Assembly (NCBI GenBank): GCA_951406725.2
Contig: OX597828.1
Coordinates: 34,596,001-34,660,000, forward strand
Length of the DNA: 64,000 nt
Source of the DNA: Octopus vulgaris
Taxonomy: Eukaryota
Reading direction: 5' to 3'
Each line of letters begins with the position of its first letter. Position 1 is the stretch's first letter. Below, piece after piece: positions 53,178 to 64,000 of this stretch. The notes beneath the pieces were generated by a model, which saw only the letters and a program-made list of their open reading frames with translations, did not search any database and was not told the DNA's origin. The position numbers and the translations under genes are program-made.

Positions 53178-54349
53178 GGTGCCTAAGATATTTGACGACA
53201 GATTTCTGTTTATGAAAAAAGTACAGATGTATAATAACAGATAATAACTTTATTTACCAAACAATGCTATGAGGATAAAAATAAACCTTCATTTCTATAA
53301 TGTTACCTCTAAAACTACCTTCAGCTTCAACAACTGCTTCTATATGAGATCTGAATCCTCCACATGCTCGAATCAAGTGGTCCTGGTTCATTTTGGACAT
53401 TACTTTGACAGCTTTCAAACACGCTTTGGTGTTATGAGCATGTTCACCTCTCTCTTAACAACACACCTCATATAATAGTCCAATCGCTTGAGATCTGGGG
53501 AATTAGAAGGCCAAATGTTAGTGGTTATGTGATCATAAAAAATTTCAGCCATCCATTCCTGTGTTACTAGAACCATGTGTGATAGTGCACAGGCTTACTG
53601 AAACACATATTGCCTTCAATTGCATACACTGTCTATCCAGGGCTTAATGATTATTTCCAGGACCTCAGTATAGGCGGCAGAGTTAACACTAAAACCTAGT
53701 GGGAAAAAGTAAGAAGGCATCACATTACTGACAAATTCTGTATGCATAACACTTGGAACTTCCGAACGGTCTGCACATAATCATCTGTCATTTCTTCTGT
53801 TAACTTTCTTATCTTGGTCATAATATTTTTCGTTTGAGAAAAACCAAATCAAATCTCCTGCTGGATTTTCAGTTTGTTTAAGAGCCTTTTAGATCTGATG
53901 TAGTGATTTTCTTTTGCTTTTTCTGACAATTTGACCTTTCCTCATCATATAAGACTTATATCTGATTTCTTTATGGACAACATTTCTGACTGTTCATTAT
54001 GACACATGGAGATCTTTTGCAATTGACCTCATGGACTTTCTAGGATTGTAATCAATGGTCTGTTGAACTTGCTGGATAAATTCAGGTGTTCTGATTATTT
54101 CAGAGCATTTAGAATGATATTTATGCTTTGATACTGGTGATACGTTTCCGTCTTCAGTCTCTAACTCCGTACAAACTTTGTAGACGAAAGATCTGGTAAC
54201 TTTTAAAACTCGAGATATTTCTAAATCGCTATGCTCAGCATTTATAACCACAATAACAGCTGAGGGTCTGCCATTATCATTATACAGAGTTAGCAAAAAA
54301 TGCAGCAATGACCCTAAAAGATATGTCCTCAAATATCTTACAAACCCTG
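53175..54349 (-). mobile_element. Tc1/mariner-superfamily transposon (maT/DD37D-like), degenerate
   Basis: TIRs CAGGGT...TAAGATATTTGA.GACA within TA tracts. Minus strand gives HSDLEISRVLKVTRSFVYKV...NPRKSMRSIAKDLHVS and IWPSNSPDLKRLDY. Confidence 0.88.
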
Positions 54350-54470
<121 letters not shown>

Positions 54471-54485
54471 GTGTGTGCGTGCGTG

Positions 54486-54556
54486 TGTGTCTGTGTTTGT
54501 ATGTATATACACACACACATACATAGTGTGAGTGTGAATTTATTCTTATACATTCA

Positions 54557-54610
<54 letters not shown>

Positions 54611-54686
54611 TGTGTTTGTATGTATGTATATACACACACACATACATAGTGTGAGTGTGAATTTATTCTTATACATTCATACATGT
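54486..54686. repeat. Tandem duplication of a ~77-bp unique block within (GT)n
   Basis: CATACATAGTGTGAGTGTGAATTTATTCTTATACATTCATACATG occurs twice. Confidence 0.85.
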
Positions 54687-54691
54687 GTGTG

Positions 54692-54745
<54 letters not shown>

Positions 54746-55211
54746 CGATATATTTCTGTTTCTACAATATTTCCGTCAATTATTTTTCAATAAACTACAT
54801 CTTGCTCAGCCTGACCCTATTGCAGAAGCCAGTTATCCTAAATGGCGCGCGATTATATCGAACCTAAAACCGCGAAATTTGTAATAATAAGCATAACAAA
54901 GGTAGTTTATAAAGCAACCCCCAATAAGTACAAAATATGTGTGCGTGAGTGTATGGCCGTGCAGGTATGTGCGTGTGTGTGCGTGCGTGTGTGTGTGTGT
55001 CGCAGAGAATTGGATATTCCATAGATTTAGGGCTCTAGAATTCATAGAAGTCTCTAAAGAAGCTGTATAGATTTAATGAGAAAAATAAACATATGCATTA
55101 TACATAGTGCATGCATACATGCATACATCCATACATGCATGCGTACATACGCATATACATATACATACATATTCATACATATGCATCCCTCCGCCCATTC
55201 CATCCGTGCAT

Positions 55212-55243
<32 letters not shown>

Positions 55244-56592
55244 GCACACGTACATGTGTTTTTAATCCGTTCCTGCTGATCTCCTATGCTTTCGCCCTCG
55301 ATAGATTTTGCTTTGCTTTTCGTTAACTTTTGCTATTTGTTTTGGCTAAATTCCATTCGGACACATTTGAGAATGTTTGTACAGTGTTAAGACGGATTTA
55401 TATAATCTATTTTATCCTTTTTTTCCTTTTTCTTTTTTCTTTTCCCTTCTTCATTTCCGGAATACTTTAGGTTGTGAAAATAAAATAAAATAAAAATGTA
55501 ACAACAAACAAATGATAAACAAAAAAAAAAGGAAGAAGAAGAAGAAAGAAAATGAGAAAGAAAAGAAAAATACAGTAAGAGAGAGTTGAAGAGAAATGGT
55601 TGCTTCAGCGGTATTGATCTTCGATGTAAATAATATGGGATAATATGAAAGATAAATAAAGGCAAAAAAAAGAAAAAAGAAACAAAGGAAACAAAATAAA
55701 CGACAACAGATAATGCATCCTATTAAATGTTAATATGTTTGTCAGAATAAAACATCGTCTGCTTTGTTTGAATTTGTTGGGTTTGTTTCTTCTTTCTCAT
55801 AATCATTGGCTGAAATTTTGTCGATAGCCTATAGACAGATTTGTTTTAGTATTGCTGGTTTTTCTTTTGTTTTCTGCGCTGACTTTAACCAGGACATTTA
55901 GTTATACATTTAGTGCGCATGCGTTTAATATGAACGAATGTTTGTTTCGGAGTCACGTCTTTTCGGATTTGAACTCGGCTGTACAGCATCTTCGACAAAT
56001 GTCGTGCAGTACGACCTTGTGGATGAAATTGGATTCACGGAAATTGTTTGTTTGGAAGTTCTTAAGATGGATTGTATCGATAATTTGGAATTAAAGCCTT
56101 GTCACGCTGTGTCATCGTTTCTCATGCCTGAACTTTAAGTAACTTTCGATTCCAAGAAAGTTAAGATACATTCTCGAAGCTAACCAACAAAATATCAGAT
56201 ATCGAATTATAAAACTTAAAAGGAAGAATATGTCACGAAAACATTCCACTCATTTTTTTTTCTGTCTCGTATTAATACCTTTGAGCAGATTGAACTCGGA
56301 TACAAATGCGGTGTTAAGATTTTTTTTTTAATATGCGCAACCAAATTGTACATGGCAGACGATAAATAACTATTTAATACTACACGGATTAAATAGTTGA
56401 ATTGATATGAGATTAGGTTCTAAAGAAGAAGCTGAACAACATGGAAGAGAGAAAAATTAATCAAGTACAACAGCCTCAAGCATGATAAAGAATTAATCCA
56501 AACACAGACTTCTAAATAAAAAGAAACCAATAAACCTGATAGTGTACAAAGTACACATAAATAATTAAAAGAAAAAGCTGTTTAGAAAGGAA

Positions 56593-56811
56593 TAGCGTAG
56601 TTTTCGGTATACAAGTCGACGTGGTAAATAATGTAAACATTCAAACATCGCCACTATCTTTCCAATTCCTGCTGTATTTCCCATGGAATTTTTGCTCGTC
56701 TGATGTTGTCTTGGTGTATAAGTCGACCTATTTTTTCATTTTTTCTTTTGTCATATTTTTGCTCTAAATTTTGGTCGAAAAAACTCGATTTGTATATCGG
56801 AAAATATGCTA
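56593..56811. mobile_element. pogo/Tigger-type MITE
   Basis: TAGCGTAGTTTTCGGTATACAAGTCGA matches the reverse complement of the right end, TAGCATATTTTCCGATATACAAATCGA; internal GTGTATAAGTCGAC repeat. Confidence 0.65.
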
Positions 56812-57499
56812 TTATAAATGGATGGAATCAATACTTAAAAGAGAACGAAATTCAAGAATGAAGTTAATAGACATCAAATACTCTTGTTGTCCTTGATATA
56901 AATTATAGTTGAAATATTCTTTATCAGACGCTAAGTTAATTAGCGAAAATAAACAGAAAAATAAGAAAATTAATTGCTGTATTTAGAATATACTACTAAA
57001 ACATCTGAAATAGATGGATTATATTGCCATGGATACAGGGAGGTAAAAGTGTCTCTGGGAAACAATCATAAAATGTCCGCCATAGGACTACAAAGCATCT
57101 GGTAAAGAAGAACGGAAAATTAATATAATTAACTACAAAACACGAGTAAAACATAAGCAGTTTTCTGTTTTCAAGGAAGTCAATAATTATTTTTTATCTT
57201 TCACTTGCTTCAATCATTGGACTGCGGCCATGCTGAGCCACTGCCTTGAAATGTTTTAGTGGAACAAATCGACCCTAATACTTATTTTTTCAAATATGTT
57301 ACTTGTTCCATCGGTTCTTCCATGGATAAAGTAGATCTACACACAAAAAATTAATCGTAAATTTGTTTGAGAAATGCAGGAGTCAAAGCTGGATACAAAG
57401 AATTCTGATTGTACGCAAGATCAAAGCCTTGTCACAGCAAACCACTTAAAGCATGTAATGATGTATAGGAGTGACTGTAGATATGTGATTTTAGGAGGT

Positions 57500-57988
57500 G
57501 GAAAATATAATTATGTACTTTATCGTTGGCCACTCGCTCTTACTCCAGAGAACACTTGTACAATGATCACAGCGTTAACTCATTCATACAATGGAAATTA
57601 TCTCAGTATTAGGAAATACTAACAGAAAGGACATGGTATACAGATACAGCAACAAGGGGCTTAGAGGATAATAAAACAAACAGTCTGAGATATGCTGGTT
57701 CATTGCATACCAAGGGATAAAAAATAATTGACCAGATATTGTTGTGAAGGACCGGTTTGAAGGGATGCGTTTTCTCATCGAAGTTGTAGTCCCATCAGAC
57801 GACCATGGATCTTGTTTAAAGAAATGAACAAACTATCCAAATACGAAGATCTGGAAATAGAGATAACCAAGATATGGGGATTGCAAACAGAAACAGTCCC
57901 TTATAGCTGTTTGTGTGTTACGAATGATTAAAACAAAAGCATGCAGACAAATACATAAACAGGAACTCAGAGCTTACAAATATACAAG
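57500..57988 (+). mobile_element. Old R4/Dong-clade RLE remnant
   Basis: PDIVVKDR...FLIEVVVPSD...KEMNKLSKYEDLEIEITKIWGLQTETVP, with stops and frameshifts. Confidence 0.75.
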
Positions 57989-58184
57989 GCAGGGAGGGAA
58001 AGAATAACTTCTGAACATAGTAAAGCTATGGCTGTTGGGTAAAGAAACTCGCTTCGTAACCACGCGGTTTCGTGTTCAATCCCACCGCGCAGCATCATGG
58101 ACAAATGTTTTTTGCTAAAATCTCGGGCCGACCAACGACTTATGAGTGAATTTAAAAGACTGAAACTGTGTTGAAGTTCGTCTG

Positions 58185-58254
<70 letters not shown>

Positions 58255-58503
58255 GAAATAAGAGCTTAAATGCACTAATATATATATATATATATATATA
58301 TTGAAAAATGTCGTGAGAATTCTGGAAAGAACTCTTTTTATTTTTTTATTCTCTGTTGTTTTTTATATCTTCATTTTCGTATTAGCGCTTTCGTTTGTCT
58401 TTCGAGGCGAACGAAATTATAATTTTTATAATAATAAAACAAGTTCTTTCCAAAATTCTGACGACTTTATTTCAATATTCAATTCTGTACATCACACCTA
58501 ACA

Positions 58504-58578
<75 letters not shown>

Positions 58579-59163
58579 AATATATATATATATATGTCAT
58601 ATATATTATATATATTTATATACATATATACATACATATATATATATGTATGTATGTATTATATGTTTGTGTGTGTGTGTGTTATTGTGTTTGGCATCCC
58701 GTCGTTTGCCAACCGGTATTTGTTTGTTTATGTTATCGGCAAGAAAGACCGGTAGGATCCAATCTTATTTTGCTTGTGGGCCCCCTGAGAGCTATTTTAT
58801 CATCTGTGGACCCCATATATGCACATTTAATTTTTGGAATAAGATATTTGTTTGTAGGTTCGTAAAAACCAACAATGAATTTCGTTACATTCATAACATA
58901 GATTCCAAATACAAATCTTGAAAATTTCAATAGATACAGGTACCTCTCCTAGGAAACAAAATTTATATATGGACCCACAGATTACAACTTTTTACTCGTG
59001 GAACCCCTTAAAGCTTCTGTGAACCCCGGTTGGGAAACGCTGGACTAAACCCATCCAAACCGTCACCCAGCATGACCGGAGTTCAATGAGTTTCTCAGTT
59101 GAAAGCAAAACGATAAAATAACCAGCAGTATTTGAGACTGCACACACACATACACACTCTCTA

Positions 59164-59197
<34 letters not shown>

Positions 59198-59734
59198 TCA
59201 CACATACACACACATACACACACACACACACAGACACACACACACGCACACACATATGTGCTGCTGTTGACTAGTGCTAATGCTGTGAAATCACCCGAAA
59301 GATCACGCAATAACAGTAAGAGTTGTGAACACTTAGATTCCATACAGAAGATTACATGTTATATAATATAATATAATATAATATAATATAATATGGCGGT
59401 GATGCAAGAGGGGGAAACAAGAAACATGAAAGCGGCGGAGAGTTGAAATGGAAGAGGAAGTCGAGGAGAAAAAAATAACTGAAGAAAGAAAAGAGCCACA
59501 TACACATACACACATACATACATACATACACATACACACAAACATGCACGGATACATTTTCGTGTATGTGTATAAGTATAGCTTGAAAATTGTTATGCAC
59601 TTCTTGTCTGGTGGTAACTTGAAAAAGAAGTCCGCAACGGATAATACTCGCCCACTGTTATTAATAACACTCATAAATATACAAACGAACGCAGACATTC
59701 TCACACATAACCGCACAGATATATGCATACGCAC

Positions 59735-59791
<57 letters not shown>

Positions 59792-61596
59792 TGTGTGTAT
59801 TTGTACGAGATAATTTGTACCCATGGCTCGGGTGACATCTAAACGCATATCTGTCTGTGAAGAGATCAAAGCCATCCGCTGTTGCCCAACAAACATGAAA
59901 GTATTAATTCTCTGCCCAAACAACATCAAAGTCGAAAAATGTCCTCTTAACAACAACAACAACAACTGCAAAAACAGCAGCAGCAGCAGCAGCAGCGGCA
60001 GCAGCAATAACTGATATCGATAAAATCCAAAAGCAAAACTGCAAAAACAACAAAAACAGCAACATAAATGTCCACCTCTATCCACAACAACAACAACGAC
60101 AGAAAAGAAAGGAAGGAAGGAAGAAGGAAAGAACGAAAGAAAAAAGAAAGAGAGGAAGAAAGAAAGGAAAGAAGAAAGGTAGCAAGAAAGAAAGAAATGG
60201 CAGGAAAAATGAACTTCATATCCGTCTACAAATAACCATGTTACATCAGTGAAACACACACAAACAAACACATCCATATATATATATATATATACAGAAG
60301 CACCTGTATGCACACATGTATCTGTATGTATGCATGATTATGTCTATGTATGTATGTATGTATGTATGTATGTATGTATGTATGCATTTATGTATGTATG
60401 TATGTATGTATGTATGTATTTATGTATGTATGTATGTATGTATGTATGTATGTATGTATGTATGTATGCATGTATGAATTTATGTATGTATGTATATACA
60501 TACCTACACAATCTCAAGTACACTGACACACAGTGGAGAAAATCTCACCCAACCGATTTAAATTGACTGAGGTCATATGCATTGTTTCAGCTCCCGTTAT
60601 TTCCACACACATACCCTCACACATACACACACACACACACATTCACGCACACACGTATATATACATATATACGCCGAGATATACATACGCACACTCACAT
60701 ACATGTGTGTGGATATAGAAATATAAACAGCGGTTGTACAATCTTAGGTCATCTAACGAAATATTGAATCACTGAAAGTTCGCTTCGACTCAATATGTTA
60801 TCGGTGCTATGATTTTGTGCTTATATAAATAACAACAAAAATAGAGAAGAATAGGTCTCAAATGTGCCACATAAATAAAATACGGAATATTTACCAGATG
60901 TCATGGGACATGTAGATCTTTTGATCAGTATTCACTTTATCAGTCGCTGTTGAAATAAAGACATTTATTTGTTTAGCAACACTGTAGCTGTTGTTGACGT
61001 TTCGAACAACGACTAGCTTTCAAATGGACAAGAAAATAATTCCCTGAAGAAGTTGCCGTACGTAGGAAAGTAATATTTTTGCACGCTAAAACATGTTAGG
61101 AGTGTAAACACAATTTCTATGACGAGTCTATATTATAAGCTTAAGCGTTCACGTCAATAAAAAAAAATATTTTTTCACAACCATCGGAGCGTGTAGTGCT
61201 CCTCACGAACGCACCTTCCTGTGATGGTTGTGATATATAAACAATTTTGAATAGGAACCGGAAAGCGAAGTAGGAACACGCAATGTGCATGCGCACACTG
61301 AATTCACAAACGGAAGAGAAGGATAAAAACGCAATGCACATGTCAAATTAAAACGGAAATCGAGAATAAAAGAAGCTATATAATGGTCTGCATGCTACGT
61401 CGGACATCACTATCATGCAGCTTTGGTGCAAATTTTCATGTTACACTTGTTGCTGTTAAAGATGGCGAACTGTCTGAATTGTTGGCAATTCGTACGGCTT
61501 TACGTTCCTTACGGCATTTCGTACGGCTTTGCGTTGCTTAGGTTCTGAGTTTAAATGCTTCCGAAGTCGACTTTGCCTTTCATTTCTTTCGGGGTC

Positions 61597-61685
61597 TTGT
61601 TTCACCGCGCGTGAAACAAGATCTTCATCCGCGTAAAACGATGTTGTCCGTATGGTGGGACTGGGAAGGGATTATCCATTACGAA
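61597..61685 (+). other. 89-nt mariner transposase coding fragment inserted in a family B SINE with a 19-bp duplication
   Basis: Translates PRVKQDLHPRKTMLSVWWDWEGIIHYE and is flanked by TTTCATTTCTTTCGGGGTC at 61578-61596 and 61686-61704. Confidence 0.85.
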
Positions 61686-62206
61686 TTTCATTTCTTTCGG
61701 GGTCACTGAAATAAGTACCAGTTGAGTGCCGAGGTAAATGTAATTGACGAACCTCGCTGCACCAAAATTTCAAGCTTTGTACCTATCGTAAAAAGGATTA
61801 TTGTTGCAGCCCTTACTATTCGTTAGAGCATCGTGAAATATGCGTTGACGTACTTGTTCCGGCTCTTCATGCTCTGAGTTCAAATTACGCTGAGGTCAAC
61901 TTTTCCTTTCATTTTTCTAGCACCAATAAAATAAAGTACCAGTCAAGTACTGGGATTGATGGTAAGGATTAACCCCTTCCCTTAAAAGTACTTTCTTTGG
62001 GGCCAAAGATTGAAATTATTATTATCGTTGTTGTTATTACATTTGAGAAAGTGCAGAGGATTTCAGAAGAATAGTAGTTTGTTTACAGGCAAACACAAAA
62101 ACGTACACACATACGCATACACGAGTACACATACACACACACACACACACACACAAAACATACACATAGATTCGAACATAAGTTGAAAGCAGTCTTATAG
62201 GCCACT

Positions 62207-62278
<72 letters not shown>

Positions 62279-63388
62279 AACACTGGAGGTGATAAATATA
62301 AAAATTCTGTGAAATGTATTTATGTTGTCTGTTCGTTTATTGGTAAAGGTTATAAGGCAAATATTTCTTTCCTCACTGCCTCCCCCCCCCCAACCGACCA
62401 AGTCTACAAGTGGAAGTGAAAGTGAAAGTAATACGAATATTTCGGAGATAAGTTGTAAGTTGTGGGGATGATAAAGATAGAAGAAGGAGAAGATGAAGAA
62501 GAAGAAAGCTAAGAATAATTGTTTTCGCAGCCGTTAGACATAAATATATTGTGACATTGCAATTAGTCTTTTGTGACTTTCGGAATTCTGCGTTTTGGGT
62601 TGTTTTACGATTGCAGAAATCGATTGTGTTTGCCTCCTAAACAGAACGGACAGAAATTCTTCTGATGATAAGAGAAATATATTTATTCTTGCCGAAAATA
62701 ATTTTAGCAAATTCCTAGCTGGATGATGAAAATGACCGAAATCAAAAGAAAGAAAGAAAAAAAGTAAATAAGAACTGCTGCAAGTTATAAAATTTGTAAC
62801 GTTTGTTACTACTATACGTTCAAGACCTGTCAATCTTATCATATTAGTAATATAGTTTAATAATTATAATTAAGTTTTTGTATAAAGAACCAAATTTTGT
62901 ACTAACTTAATAACTTATTTTATTAACCTTTCTGACGAAAAATCTCTCTTCTTGCTCACATCTTGATGAAATTTATAAGCCACCGTTTTTATAGTAGCGA
63001 TAGTACCGTGTATTCTTAATATCTATATATTTCTTAACTCTTTAAATACTCAAATTTATAGACCGTGTTTTTGTAATGGAGAAAATAGTGACCTCTCTCG
63101 TCGTTTCGATGAATGAAATCTCAGCACAACATAGCTGAAACGACAATCACCCAAAGGTCGCCTGTGTGCAAGGTCAAAGCTGAAGACCTCCGGTAAGATC
63201 CTCTACTTAACCCCGTCACCTCCTTCCCTCCCATCACTGGATTAATGAAGAAAGTGTTATGATGTTGATGATAATGTTTTGTTTTACCAGCACGACGAAT
63301 AGAATTATAGTAGGCATGGTCATCTTAAAATCTGAAAAACCTCATCTGCCCTGGGTCCGGTGGCGTGCTAAAATGATGTTTTTATATA

Positions 63389-64000
63389 TTGGGCTGCCAA
63401 CAAAGTTGCCGGCCGGTTTTTTTTAAATGTTAGAATTTATTTCGTTTTAAAATTTTGGAATCTATTTTTTTTTTCGAGAATTCTATTTTTGAATCATTTT
63501 GGAATCTTTTTCTTTTCTATTTAATTTTAGTTAATTTTTGTTTATTTTCAGATCATTAAAATGGAATGTCAAGTTAAGAAAAACGAGCATTTTCGACACA
63601 TTCTCTTTGCTTTTAATCAAGGTTCTAAGGCCGCAAAAGCTGCTCGCGACATTTGTGCTGAGTATGGAGAGGGTGCCATAGCTGAAAGAACCGCTAGTTC
63701 AAAAATGGAAATTTTGACTTCAAAGACGCACCTCGTTCTGGCCGTCCAGTTGAGTTCGATGAAGAACGATTAAACCATCTTTAGCACAAAAGTTCTTGTC
63801 AAACGACAAGGAAACTGGCAGAGAAATTGGAATGCTCCCACATTGCTATAGAGAAGCATCTTCACTAGATGAGAAATGTTCAGCAGTATGGAGCATGGGT
63901 TCCGCACGCTTTAAGTGACAACAACAAAAATCAACGAGCCACAATCTCCGCTGGTTTGCTTGCTCGTCACCGTTCAACTCATAGAAACAAGCAACGATTT
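63389..64000 (+). mobile_element. Mariner transposon, 5' part (pseudogenised; runs off the window)
   Basis: TA followed by a TTGGGCTGCCAACAAAGTT TIR-like end. Translation gives HFRHILFAFNQGSKAAKAARDICAEYGEGAI...DAPRSGRP...WVPHAL (WVPHEL motif). Confidence 0.9.

Noticed and set aside
54137-54160. CTGAAGA-CG-GAAACGTA hammerhead-like string on the minus strand
   Set aside because: It has no stem II and lies in transposase codons (ETEDGNVS), so it is coincidental.
59333-60313. 326-aa minus-strand ORF
   Set aside because: It is stitched from simple repeats and has no domain motif.

Overview
This is an AT-rich, microsatellite-saturated animal genomic window. The tRNA-derived SINE families, the mix of Penelope-like (PLE), R4, CR1 and mariner elements, and the repeat density point to an octopus (coleoid cephalopod), which is an inference. 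No host protein-coding exon can be called with confidence, so the window looks intronic or intergenic, and almost all listed ORFs are translated simple repeats. The one substantial coding element is a near-intact Neptune-type PLE (minus strand, about 327-4291; RT plus C-terminal GIY-YIG; two frameshifts) sitting in a (TA)n tract. There are also remnants of R4/Dong, HERO, CR1-like and Nematis-like retroelements, Tc1/mariner, pogo and Helentron-like DNA elements, and dozens of SINEs. The most striking unexplained signal is about 12 hammerhead-ribozyme-like motifs with non-canonical catalytic cores (CUGUUGA, CUGUGGA, UUGAUAA, CUGGGGA). They lie in 250-500 nt mini-elements, several anchored in (TA)n and folded back by an inverted copy of their own end. 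Also notable are a ~500-nt G-U-rich rod-like hairpin at 41.1-41.7 kb and an 89-nt mariner coding fragment captured inside a SINE with a 19-bp duplication. All alignments and folds were done by eye.
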